DNA of 64,000 bases, taken from IMG/VR virus record IMGVR_UViG_3300020037_002893; one strand, written 5' to 3'. Origin of the DNA: an uncultured virus (IMG/VR IMGVR_UViG_3300020037_002893) (taxonomy: Duplodnaviria > Heunggongvirae > Uroviricota > Caudoviricetes). Under the pieces are notes generated by a model. That model was given only the letters and a program-made list of their open reading frames with translations, was not told where the DNA came from and searched no databases. The position numbers and the translations under genes were made by a program. This document shows positions 37,878 through 47,281 of the stretch, one piece after another. Positions within the stretch are counted from its first letter, which is position 1; each line of letters begins with the position of its first letter.

Positions 37878-39194
37878 TTACTCTTGTGAGGCAAGAGCCA
37901 CGGCCACCTCACCCCAGGTGCCGTAGGCATCCGAGTCGATCCCTGCCTGCTCGCAGTAGTCAAACAGGAGATCCACGGAGTCCTGATCGCCTCCATCGGC
38001 AAGGGTGCCGAGTTCAGCGTAGTCCACAGCTTCCTCCTCCGAGCTATCTTCCTCTTCTTCCTCGCCAGACTTTTCGGACTCCAGAGTGTTGAGATGCTCC
38101 TCGACATCAACCCACGTTGCAAAGTCATTCGTGTCCACTTCCAGAGCATCCGCTCTTTCCTGTAGGGCAATAGCGGCTTCCTCGCCTCCGGCGTCAGCCA
38201 AGGCACCAAGGGAAGCATCTTCATCGCTTCCCTCTTCCTCCTCTTTCGCAGACGGCCCCTCAACGGGGGCTTGCTTGCGTGATGGCTTGGTGGAGGACCG
38301 TGCCGTTGGAGTCACATCCACGTCGTCATCTTCATCGACGGGGACACGCTTCCGAGGGGACTGCCTTTGAGTAGTCGGGGCGTCATCCTCAGGATCTTCC
38401 TCCCAATCCTTCCCAACGTCCTTGCGAGATCCGGGGGCACCCTTGCCGGAGCCATACTTCTCGTCGAGGTAATCCACCAAGGCATCCACGTCGAAGGCAT
38501 GAGGGAAAATCGCCTCGTAGTCGAACGCAGTGATGTCCACGTCCTCCTCCTTGACGATTGCTTTGGTCTGTTGGCTACGGATGGCGGGGTGGCCGTATTC
38601 CTTCTTCAAGTTTTTGATGAACTCGAAGGACATGCCGGAGTCAAATGGCACGGGCTCGCCGATACGAGGCGAAGAGGTGGCTTCCCCCTTGGGACGATGC
38701 AGGCGGAGGACAACACCACGCAGGGTGCCGTATTTCGTCACAGCGGCCTTGAGAATCTTCTTGAACTTCGGGAGCTGCTGATGCTTGATGCAAAAAAGCT
38801 CCCTGCTGTTGCGCCACTCCTTCGTCTTCTTGTCCTGGAACGCATTCAGGTGAAGAACGGAGAGATTCAGCACAAAGGCGGGATTGTTGCCTTGCACCTC
38901 ATTGCAGATGGCGCAACTCGCCACCTCCCCCGGACAGACTTCATGCACGGTCCACTTGCCTTGGGAATCTTGAAGGTGATGCTCGTAAAACGCCACCCCG
39001 TTGGAGATGTCATTGTCCAGGAAGATGATTTCAGTTTCATCCCCTTGGTTAAGGTAGAACCGGAAGACGCGATCAGTTCCGTTCGCCCTTGCTGCGGCCT
39101 GATCCTCCTTCCGTTGATTTTCCCGCTCGATGGCGGTGTCGATGTCGTCGCCCGTCATGGCAACCGCTCTCCTCTTTGGCTTTGTGTCTTTCAT
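37878..39194 (-). CDS. putative single-stranded DNA-binding protein
   Basis: RF.L..G, EH, C......C.IC zinc motif and long acidic tail; lies between primase and helicase. Confidence 0.65.
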   Translation of the reverse strand: MKDTKPKRRAVAMTGDDIDTAIERENQRKEDQAAARANGTDRVFRFYLNQGDETEIIFLDNDISNGVAFYEHHLQDSQGKWTVHEVCPGEVASCAICNEVQGNNPAFVLNLSVLHLNAFQDKKTKEWRNSRELFCIKHQQLPKFKKILKAAVTKYGTLRGVVLRLHRPKGEATSSPRIGEPVPFDSGMSFEFIKNLKKEYGHPAIRSQQTKAIVKEEDVDITAFDYEAIFPHAFDVDALVDYLDEKYGSGKGAPGSRKDVGKDWEEDPEDDAPTTQRQSPRKRVPVDEDDDVDVTPTARSSTKPSRKQAPVEGPSAKEEEEGSDEDASLGALADAGGEEAAIALQERADALEVDTNDFATWVDVEEHLNTLESEKSGEEEEEDSSEEEAVDYAELGTLADGGDQDSVDLLFDYCEQAGIDSDAYGTWGEVAVALASQE

Positions 39195-39262
39195 AGCTTA
39201 CTTTTTTTGGTGTCTTCTCAGGTGCCCTTTGTGGGCTTAGTTCCCGCGTCTGCGGAAATTGT

Positions 39263-40285
39263 CTAAAATTTTTCAGCGTAGCGCATACCCTTTCGGAAGT
39301 CGTTCAGAGTCCAGGAGTCCACGTCACCCTTTCCCTCGTCAGCGGGATAGGCTACCACGCTTGTTGGAATCTCCTCCCGGAGAAGATCCACGGCACCACC
39401 TCCCGCGTGCGCTCCATCCCTCATAGGGCCGTAAAGGCCGGCATCCCCGGCAAGGTCATCGTCATAAAGAAGGAACACGGGGTTTCCAAAGTCAATGAGC
39501 CTCTCCGCCTGGTGCTTCGACAAGCTTGCCTTCATCGTAGCCATCGGAGTCGCTTCCAATTCCACGCCCTGATAAACTGCGGTGAACTCGGCAAACAGAC
39601 CCTCGACCAACAGGATGGGCAGGTCCGGCTTGAATAGATGCTCCCCGAGAAGGAGCTGGTCCTTCCTAAGCCCGTGGTAATCCTTCACCTTCGGGTAATC
39701 CTCCGAGGGATATTTCCTCTCTGGCAGGATGGATCGTCCTGTGAATCCATAAAGGTTCTGCTGGCTGTCTCTGACGGGAAAGAGTATGCGCTGCTCTCTG
39801 TTGTCGTAGAGAAGCTCCAGAGTCTCGCAGGCGTGCTTGGCTTGGGGAGAAGACACATAACCCCTCGAACGGAAGTAGTCTCTTGCGTCAGCCACGTCCC
39901 ATGCAGACGGATACATGCCAACGAAAATCTCTTCTTCGATTGGCTTCGCCTCTTCTCTCTGGAATACCCGCTCGTATTCTCCAAAGTCGTCAGGGATCTC
40001 CGCAAGCTCAGCCTCCAATGCAAGCTCGCGAAGGTTCTCCCCGTTGAGGTAAGCCAACTTGCGAACGAGTCCAGAAACGGAACCCTTTTGCTTACACGTA
40101 AAGCAGTTGAACCCGGAGATTCCGAACGGGTCCACCTTGACGAAGAAACTTGGCTTCCTGTCCATTCCCCGCGCATGGTAGTGGGGGGCAAAAGGGCAGC
40201 GAGAAACCAGCCACCCAGCGCCATTCTTACCAAGCACGGAAACTCCGAGCTGGTCCAGGATGTAAACAAGGCGGGATTCGATCAT
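39263..40285 (-). CDS. DNA primase (zinc-binding + TOPRIM)
   Basis: CP....H...D..PSF, FNCF.C, RI.FP, VEG and YD.D.AG motifs. Confidence 0.85.
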   Translation of the reverse strand: MIESRLVYILDQLGVSVLGKNGAGWLVSRCPFAPHYHARGMDRKPSFFVKVDPFGISGFNCFTCKQKGSVSGLVRKLAYLNGENLRELALEAELAEIPDDFGEYERVFQREEAKPIEEEIFVGMYPSAWDVADARDYFRSRGYVSSPQAKHACETLELLYDNREQRILFPVRDSQQNLYGFTGRSILPERKYPSEDYPKVKDYHGLRKDQLLLGEHLFKPDLPILLVEGLFAEFTAVYQGVELEATPMATMKASLSKHQAERLIDFGNPVFLLYDDDLAGDAGLYGPMRDGAHAGGGAVDLLREEIPTSVVAYPADEGKGDVDSWTLNDFRKGMRYAEKF

Positions 40286-40321
40286 ATCGCTTTGATGGTT
40301 GAAAACGTTTGCAAATTATCG

Positions 40322-40783
40322 TTACTTTGCAGCCTTCACCGTGACGTTTTCAACGCCGACCTTTTCCTCAGAGCAGCGGCGAAGAATGGCCTCTCCGGCG
40401 TGTTCCTTGACGGCGGCCTGGGTAGCCGACACGATCTTGAGGAATGTTGCCTCATCGACCTCCTTGCGGAGCAGGTCGATGTTGACGACCATCGAGCTTG
40501 TCGTGGCGATCTCGACATCCAGAACAACTGGCTTCTCTTCGATCTGGCCCCGGACAGTGAAGGCGCGAACATTGCCCTCCTTCATCGCCTTGTAAAGACT
40601 CTGGCGATTCTTGCCTTCGTCCCTGCTCGCGTCATTCTTGACGCGATTCTGGATGAAGCAGGACATGGCGAGAACCTGCATATCCTTCGTTGCGGTGGGT
40701 TCCAAGGCGTCCTTGCCGAGGCTTACCTTGCGGCGACCGGATTGAACTGCGGAAGGGGCTTCAATGGTGGATTGTTTTTTCAT
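40322..40783 (-). CDS. hypothetical protein
   Basis: 153 aa ORF downstream of a promoter. Confidence 0.55.
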   Translation of the reverse strand: MKKQSTIEAPSAVQSGRRKVSLGKDALEPTATKDMQVLAMSCFIQNRVKNDASRDEGKNRQSLYKAMKEGNVRAFTVRGQIEEKPVVLDVEIATTSSMVVNIDLLRKEVDEATFLKIVSATQAAVKEHAGEAILRRCSEEKVGVENVTVKAAK

Positions 40784-40861
40784 GGGTAGTTACTTTTGAG
40801 AATGACTAATACTATAACCCTTTTTTGGGAAAAGTAAACGCCTACTTTTTTGCAAACGTTT

Positions 40862-41626
40862 TCAAACACAGATCATCTCTACACCGTCCATGTCGGATAC
40901 AGAAAGACCTCCGTGCATCTGGACTTCGATGTAGGGGTTCCTGTTGGACAGCCCGACCACATCGGGAAGGAATACCCAAGGGCAAACCCGTTCTCCGAAG
41001 TCTGTTGTGTGCCCCACGATCAGCTTGTTGACGTTGTCCAAAGAGAATGGCCACGCCATGATATTCTGCTGGTTATCCCCAAAGGTGATACTCCCCGACT
41101 CCCAGACTTCCCTCTTCCACGTCACGAAGACATTTCCAAAGCTGCTAAGCATATAATTTCTCACATCCTCCGCATTGCTCATCCCGTCCCAAAAGAGAAC
41201 GCCGTGGCCGAGATCCTGGCAAACATTGCCAAAGGATCTCTTCTCGGTAAAAGCTCTGCACTGTTCGGGGGTTATACCCTGTGGAACGTATTTATTGTGC
41301 CACGTCGGGCCAGTGTCCCAGAGGGATTTCCATCCATCGTTGACCACCTTTGCATACACGTCCACTGGCATGGCTGTAATCACTCGGAGGTTCAACTTCT
41401 CACTGACGGGTCGCATCTCCTCCTTCCATCTATCCATCAGAAGCCTAGCTGTCTGTGGAGACACGCCACACTCTGCTCCGTCCTTCGTCTTTGCCTGTAG
41501 CTCATGCGGCCACCCGTAGCACAAGGCATCGGCAAGGGCAAGGCGGGAATCTCTCAGGTCTTTTCTTGTCTCTGGTGTATCTGCTCTCATGTCTCTTTTC
41601 TCTCTTTCTTTGGTTACACAATCCAC
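40862..41626 (-). CDS. hypothetical protein
   Basis: 254 aa ORF following the polymerase. Confidence 0.5.
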   Translation of the reverse strand: MDCVTKEREKRDMRADTPETRKDLRDSRLALADALCYGWPHELQAKTKDGAECGVSPQTARLLMDRWKEEMRPVSEKLNLRVITAMPVDVYAKVVNDGWKSLWDTGPTWHNKYVPQGITPEQCRAFTEKRSFGNVCQDLGHGVLFWDGMSNAEDVRNYMLSSFGNVFVTWKREVWESGSITFGDNQQNIMAWPFSLDNVNKLIVGHTTDFGERVCPWVFLPDVVGLSNRNPYIEVQMHGGLSVSDMDGVEMICV

Positions 41627-41628
41627 GA

Positions 41629-44600
41629 TTAAAAACAGGGCTTCCGATCAAGCTCGACATTATACCAGTCCGGCTTGATTGCTCTGACATGCTTCATCTT
41701 CTTCATCCCGCCAAGGCTATCCCCCGGCCCTGCCACATCTGCGAGCAGAGGGAGCGGTGGGACAATCCCGAACCACTCACGCAGGGGGTTTGATTCCATG
41801 TAGAATTTCACAGCAGATGCGGCCTCCTCCACATGATCCTCCCGAACGTGGATGATCCCAGCATCGTGGATAAACCCGCACGGGTGCATGACTCTGTGAT
41901 CGCAGTCTCGTGAGAAACGGGTCACGCCCATCAATCCAAGGTCGGAACCGAACCTCTGCACAGGCGAGTTGACGCTCTGCCGCTGAGCTTCCTTCTGCAC
42001 TCCCTCGTCGTCAGAGAAGACGGAAGGAAGTCTGCGAAGGGCTCCATGCAGCGCACGGACAAATCCATGCTCCATCACGAAGTTTTTATAGTCCCTGTGC
42101 CAATAGTCCAATCCTGGAAAAGTCTCGAAGAATGTCTCCCGGACTTGCTTAGCTTCCGAGTCAGTAAACTCGATGCCATAATCCGTCTTGGCGTAGACCT
42201 TGAACTTCACCCACCACATCCCGTAAATAAACCCGAAGTTGATCGCCTTGGCCTGAAAGCGTTTGAACTCATAAAAGTCATCCATCGTCTTGATGTCCGA
42301 TGGCATGTGTCCAAAGAAACTAGACTGGTATGGGTTCTTGTTTCCCGCGTAGCTGGCAAACTGTTCGACAGAGATTCCTAGCGTGCTGGCTGCCGTGGCC
42401 GCGTGAATATCTCCCCCGCTCCGGTAGATGGCCAACATCGTGGGCTCCATTGCCATCCACGCTGCAATGCGAAGCTCGATCTGGCTCAAGTCACATTCAA
42501 GGAAGACCCAGCCCTTCGCAGGAATAAACAACTTTCGGAATGCTTCCGCCAGCTCACCTCGTTTGGGAAAATTCTGAGCATTCGGATCAGAGTTGTGATG
42601 GAAAATACCGCACGCCGAATAAGAGTGATCCTCTTCTACCTGGATGTCATATACTGAATAGCTTCCGCAAGGGTCAACCCTCTCAATGTAGACTCCTCCG
42701 GCGAATGCTGATACCTCTGATGAATCGCCACATGCCCCTCCTTGCTCGTCAATGCTAAGTTGTCCGGGTGGTTGTTGGTCCGATCCCCGTCGATGTGATG
42801 GATCGGAAGGCTGTCGGGAAGATCCTCCACGCGAATCCCCAGCATCTCCGACATCACTACGCGGTGAACGAAGTGCCGCTTCCCCCTGACTACCCGAGTC
42901 AAATAGCCCCGACCATCCGCGCAATCCCCCTTCGCGTTCGCAGGTTTCTTCCCGAAGCAAGGGTTTTTGTCCCCTCGTTTTGATTCCGAATACTTCAAGG
43001 CTTTGAGTTTCGCTAACTCGTCCCTCGGAATGTCCTCCGCCAAAATGGCTATAACCGTGTGATGGGAGATAGCTACGCTCTCCGCTACCTGCCCCATGGT
43101 TTGAAGCGTGGTTCTGTAAAGATCGACTACCTTGCGGCGGATGCGCGGGTCTGAGAGGTGTTGTTTTGATACTGACATGCCCAAGCATACGCCAGTTTTC
43201 GCTTTCGGTAAAGAGTCTATGCTGAAAAGTAGAGCGCAAAACTTCCCCATTTGAAAGGTGGCTATCAAACATTTCCTGTGTTGGCTTGATGTAAGTCTCA
43301 AGCACCCTGCGCCACCTTCCACGATGGGTCCAAACCAAATCACCTGCCACCACGTCTGCAATGCGCTTCTTTCCTGTAAGCGTGTCGATGAGCACGTCGG
43401 CATGGAGACAGGATGCCGTGCGACCTGTCACCGTGCGGTGAGCCCAAAAGGAAGGATGGACATCGTTGCGTCCGGGGGGCAGGTGCTGCCAGAATCCTGT
43501 AGGCTTGGAGATTCTCCGCAGATATGGCCTTCCCTTCGACAAGTAAGCATATTGGGATACCCCGGAAGATTCCTGCCCTAGTAAGATAAGACTCTGCGGC
43601 TCCGTTGGCTCCCTTCCAGGAAGGACGATGCGCCTGCGTCTCGATGGGGTGTCCACGTCCTCAAGGACAATGCCCACCTCCTTGAAAGCGTCAGAGATTT
43701 TCTTGGGCCAGTTCCCCTTCTTCAACGGAGTGACCGGGGCGTCTGATAGTTGCCTTCCGGTGCCCACATAGCTGGTCCGCATCTTCTCCAGCTTCTTGTA
43801 TTCGATAAGGTCCCTGACGAACTCCCTGTCCGTGAAGAACGGAAGATGGTCATTGGCTGACGTGCTGGGAACCCTCTCCTCCGGTGCGAGTCTCTGCGTG
43901 GTCTTCGTGAAGACTACAGGCTCAAGACAGAGCCCCCTTGGATGATTAAACAGCACGTCAAGCAGGAAGATTGGGCTTCCGAAGTTGAGAATCTCTCTGG
44001 CCGACTTCCCTTTGTTCCTTGGGTCGTTCAGGTGATCCAGCTTCAAGGCAGGGTGAACAGCTTGCACCAACTTCAAGTAAAGCTCCTTTTCCTTCCTCTC
44101 CACCAACTTCCCCAGAACGCTAAGCTGCTCCAGATCGACGCGGAGCCCCTGCCGCTCCATTCCTACGAATGCCTTCAAGGCTGGCATCTGAACAGAGTGA
44201 AACGTCTTCCAGTTCCTGGTGTCTTTTTTACCCTCCTTGATAAGCACATCAGCGAGTCGAAACGTGGCATCCACGTCCCCGCATCCATAAGCGAGCATCT
44301 TGTCGTGTGGGACAAGGTCCATTCGGCTCTTGCCCTGATGAATGGGATCTCGGTTGAACTCGTCGGCGTATCCGCTCATGGCAGGAACCCATCGCCGGAT
44401 ACAATCATCGAGCCCCTTTATCTCCATGTTCTCATCGACAAGAAAAGCAAGCTGGATAGTGTCTGCCCACCAACTTGGGACTTCGATACCGAGGTTCAGG
44501 AAGGCGTGAACGTCAAACTTGAAATTGTGTCCAATAATCTGGGTAGCTGGATTGGAAAATATCTGCTTCAACTGTCCGATGAGCTTGCTTCGTGTCCGTA

Positions 44601-45342
44601 GACTCATGGACGGATAATATGCTCTGTCGAGAGGCACGCATACTGCCCTGCCCTCTCCCCAACAAAGTTGAGCCGTCAGAACTTTGAAGGAAGGATCGAA
44701 CCACTTCACGCCAAGAGTTTCCGTATCCACGACAAGCCTCTTCGGAGGCGAGTCTATCAGGAACTGAAGACAGTTGACCCAACGATACCCTGCCTCCCTC
44801 TCCTCCCCTTGGAAGACGGTGTCCTTCCATCCACTCCGTTGATATACTCCGGCCATTCTCATCTGAGACTCAAACACCTCTGCAATCTCAGGCTTCCGTA
44901 GCACCATGCGAGGGGAGTAAACAGGGAGAACCTTTCCATCGAAGTAAGCAGGGGGATCGAGTAACTGCCCAGCAATGCGGGTAATTTTTTGCGGCCTGCC
45001 CATCGTCTGCCGCACTGCGTCTTTCCCAAGACAGATGATAAGCTTCGCACCATCGCACTTGGCTACGATCTCGCGGAACTCGTCCGCATAGGAGGCGAGC
45101 CACTCGCCCACCTTCTTCTCGCTGCCGATGTATTCCTCCGGGATAGGGGGGCACGGGTTGATAAACACGGTGCCGTTGTTCACCAGCTCTGCCTTCTCTG
45201 CCGCATCTGCGAATACCTCCATCTCCCTCTGCCCGAGAACCCTGCCACGGTCCATTGTCCTCTGGGAGGGGATCTCAGTGATGACGAGTATCTTCGGTTG
45301 AGAAGACCCCCTCGCTCTGACGTTCTCTGTGCTGTAATCCAC
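41629..45342 (-). CDS. polA: family A DNA polymerase with N-terminal UDG-like domain, 3'-5' exonuclease and an intein
   Basis: Exo DTET, HNFKFD, YG.GD; motif A DLSQIELR, motif B KAINFGFIYG, motif C IHD; likely GTG start at 45342 after a promoter. Confidence 0.95.
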   Translation of the reverse strand: MDYSTENVRARGSSQPKILVITEIPSQRTMDRGRVLGQREMEVFADAAEKAELVNNGTVFINPCPPIPEEYIGSEKKVGEWLASYADEFREIVAKCDGAKLIICLGKDAVRQTMGRPQKITRIAGQLLDPPAYFDGKVLPVYSPRMVLRKPEIAEVFESQMRMAGVYQRSGWKDTVFQGEEREAGYRWVNCLQFLIDSPPKRLVVDTETLGVKWFDPSFKVLTAQLCWGEGRAVCVPLDRAYYPSMSLRTRSKLIGQLKQIFSNPATQIIGHNFKFDVHAFLNLGIEVPSWWADTIQLAFLVDENMEIKGLDDCIRRWVPAMSGYADEFNRDPIHQGKSRMDLVPHDKMLAYGCGDVDATFRLADVLIKEGKKDTRNWKTFHSVQMPALKAFVGMERQGLRVDLEQLSVLGKLVERKEKELYLKLVQAVHPALKLDHLNDPRNKGKSAREILNFGSPIFLLDVLFNHPRGLCLEPVVFTKTTQRLAPEERVPSTSANDHLPFFTDREFVRDLIEYKKLEKMRTSYVGTGRQLSDAPVTPLKKGNWPKKISDAFKEVGIVLEDVDTPSRRRRIVLPGREPTEPQSLILLGQESSGVSQYAYLSKGRPYLRRISKPTGFWQHLPPGRNDVHPSFWAHRTVTGRTASCLHADVLIDTLTGKKRIADVVAGDLVWTHRGRWRRVLETYIKPTQEMFDSHLSNGEVLRSTFQHRLFTESENWRMLGHVSIKTTPLRPAHPPQGSRSLQNHASNHGAGSGERSYLPSHGYSHFGGGHSEGRVSETQSLEVFGIKTRGQKPLLREETCEREGGLRGWSGLFDSGSQGEAALRSPRSDVGDAGDSRGGSSRQPSDPSHRRGSDQQPPGQLSIDEQGGACGDSSEVSAFAGGVYIERVDPCGSYSVYDIQVEEDHSYSACGIFHHNSDPNAQNFPKRGELAEAFRKLFIPAKGWVFLECDLSQIELRIAAWMAMEPTMLAIYRSGGDIHAATAASTLGISVEQFASYAGNKNPYQSSFFGHMPSDIKTMDDFYEFKRFQAKAINFGFIYGMWWVKFKVYAKTDYGIEFTDSEAKQVRETFFETFPGLDYWHRDYKNFVMEHGFVRALHGALRRLPSVFSDDEGVQKEAQRQSVNSPVQRFGSDLGLMGVTRFSRDCDHRVMHPCGFIHDAGIIHVREDHVEEAASAVKFYMESNPLREWFGIVPPLPLLADVAGPGDSLGGMKKMKHVRAIKPDWYNVELDRKPCF
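42592..43410 (-). mobile_element. 273-aa intein in the polymerase; its central region is a low-complexity linker overprinted by an HNH gene
   Basis: TGRTAS|CLHADV..., block B STFQH, VYDIQVEEDHSY...FHHN|SDPN; removal restores TGR.SSDPN.QN.P. Confidence 0.95.
42636..43178 (-). CDS. HNH homing endonuclease in an alternative frame inside the pol intein
   Basis: HTH-like N-terminus, NUMOD3-like SESKRG.KNP.FGK, and HR.V...HHIDGDRTNNHPDNL...H. Confidence 0.85.
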   Translation of the reverse strand: MSVSKQHLSDPRIRRKVVDLYRTTLQTMGQVAESVAISHHTVIAILAEDIPRDELAKLKALKYSESKRGDKNPCFGKKPANAKGDCADGRGYLTRVVRGKRHFVHRVVMSEMLGIRVEDLPDSLPIHHIDGDRTNNHPDNLALTSKEGHVAIHQRYQHSPEESTLRGLTLAEAIQYMTSR

Positions 45343-45405
45343 GTGCTTAGTTGGTAAGATAACCCTTTTTTGGGCAAAGTAAAATAAGCAAATTTGCAAA
45401 CGTTT

Positions 45406-46680
45406 TCAAATCATCCAGGAGGTAGTGCTTCCATCCCCAACGGGGGCCTCATCAGTCGAGTCCTCCACCTCGGAGAAGTCCACTGGGTTGAAACGAAAGT
45501 TAGTTGAAAAGGAAATCTCCTCACCCTCTCGAAACTTGATGAGATCCAGAACACGCCTCACGTTCTCATACGGGGCGAGTCCCCTCCGAAGGGTGATGAC
45601 TGCCGAGGCATCCTGAGAGATGGAATCTGACCCGGCTAAGTCCGTGGTATCCGCCACCGTGTTGTTGTCCTTCTTTTTGTTGCGGTTCATCTGGACGGTT
45701 AGAACTATCGGGATGCCCTTACGAATCGCTACCGTCTTTAGCTCAGCCATTACATTGGCTATGCTTTCCCATTTTGTGATGTATCCCTTCTTTGCTCCCT
45801 CTGTCGAAAGAAGATAAGCAGCGTCAATAAACGCCACGGTGGGATTCAGCTCCTCGATCATCGCCTCGACTGCGGTTACTTTCTTTGAAAAGTCACCAGC
45901 CATGAGATGGAAGTTTGACGCACCGTCAACCAGCTGTTGCACCTTTGCATCAAGCTGCGCTTCCCCGAAGTGAGATAGCTCCCCGGCCCGGATGAACCCC
46001 GGATTGATTCCAGAATGAATCCCGACGAACCTACGTGCGAATTGAAGTTGTCCCATCTCCATTGTCACAACAAGAGGCGTGGCTCCTGCTATCCATGCCT
46101 CGTAAGCCATCTTCGCCAGCACCCACGACTTGCCCATCCCGGTCCTCCCTGCGATAACTACCACATCGGTTGGTTGCCACCCCAGCGTCACAGCATCAAG
46201 GATGCCCCATCCGGTGGTGATTCCTCTCAAGCCAGGAAACTCCTTCGCAAGAAGGTAGTCGTTTCTTACATCGGTGGCTAGGCTGGCCAGCGTGGATACC
46301 GAATTGTTGGAGTGGCTTACTGTCGAAGCCAGCATCTGCCGGAGCACATCCAGAACGGTGTCCATCTGCCTTGCGTGCATGGCCGTGGATAGATCCGAGA
46401 ACCTGTCATTGATCCTCTTGTAAAGGTGCCTCTGCCGGAGCCTCTCAACGTAGTAACTGACGGGCTGCGTGGTTGCCCTGCCAAGAGGGAACCCGGCCTC
46501 GTCGAACATCTCCACGTCAGGGAGAACTCCATGCGCCGAGACATGCTGCCTAGCAAATTGGTAAGCCTCAGCCTCTGCTTCCTCGTCTACCTCCAGTAGG
46601 TAATCAGGACGGATGCCGAGCAGTGCCGGGACTGCCCCCTGCTGCACCACGGCGCGGATGAAACGAAGTCCAATGCTCAT
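45406..46680 (-). CDS. DnaB-like replicative helicase
   Basis: GI.TG...LD....G, AGRTGMGKS, MEM, ID, Q.NR, SD.I.QDA and K.R motifs. Confidence 0.9.
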   Translation of the reverse strand: MSIGLRFIRAVVQQGAVPALLGIRPDYLLEVDEEAEAEAYQFARQHVSAHGVLPDVEMFDEAGFPLGRATTQPVSYYVERLRQRHLYKRINDRFSDLSTAMHARQMDTVLDVLRQMLASTVSHSNNSVSTLASLATDVRNDYLLAKEFPGLRGITTGWGILDAVTLGWQPTDVVVIAGRTGMGKSWVLAKMAYEAWIAGATPLVVTMEMGQLQFARRFVGIHSGINPGFIRAGELSHFGEAQLDAKVQQLVDGASNFHLMAGDFSKKVTAVEAMIEELNPTVAFIDAAYLLSTEGAKKGYITKWESIANVMAELKTVAIRKGIPIVLTVQMNRNKKKDNNTVADTTDLAGSDSISQDASAVITLRRGLAPYENVRRVLDLIKFREGEEISFSTNFRFNPVDFSEVEDSTDEAPVGDGSTTSWMI

Positions 46681-47258
46681 ACGTGATACTGGACGGCCTC
46701 CCTCCGAATGATTCCCTTGAAGGATGCAGAAACCCAGTGGTTTGAATCCATTGGGTGCAGCATGTCCTGCTCTGCATAGATAAGCAGGGAACGACCCTCT
46801 GCCAGTTGATCCCGAAGAAACCACTCCAAAGAGTAGAGGGCAGGGGGAGACGGAAGCGGACCCGACATAGATAGTCCAAGAATGCCAACTACGCCCACAC
46901 CAATATCGTCTAGTGCCTCCCTGACCTTCCAGAGTTCATTCCGTTCGATGGCCTCCAAGAGACGGGACACTCTCAACAAGCGGACCCCAACGCGGATATG
47001 CACCATGAAGGCTCTGGCGATGAGGCAAGTTGCCTCGAATCCTTTGCCACTGGATGGTTTATCCTTCGTCTGGGCATAGTCGGAGACAACCGTGATGCTC
47101 CCCGGAGTTGTCCTCTCCTTGAGGGAGTTGATGTCAAAGGGTGGCTTTCCCACCCACTGCTCATCACCTAGCAGTGCGTGAAGGCTCCTATCCGGTTCTC
47201 GATAGGCAAGGGGAATCCCCGCCAAGTCCATTGCTGATTTCCATTCCTGTTCTGTCAT
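46677..47258 (-). CDS. putative degenerate helicase loader
   Basis: AGIP..Y N-terminus; lies between initiator and helicase; no intact Walker A. Confidence 0.4.
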   Translation of the reverse strand: MTEQEWKSAMDLAGIPLAYREPDRSLHALLGDEQWVGKPPFDINSLKERTTPGSITVVSDYAQTKDKPSSGKGFEATCLIARAFMVHIRVGVRLLRVSRLLEAIERNELWKVREALDDIGVGVVGILGLSMSGPLPSPPALYSLEWFLRDQLAEGRSLLIYAEQDMLHPMDSNHWVSASFKGIIRREAVQYHV

Positions 47259-47281
47259 ATTTTTAACTGTTTAATTAAGCC

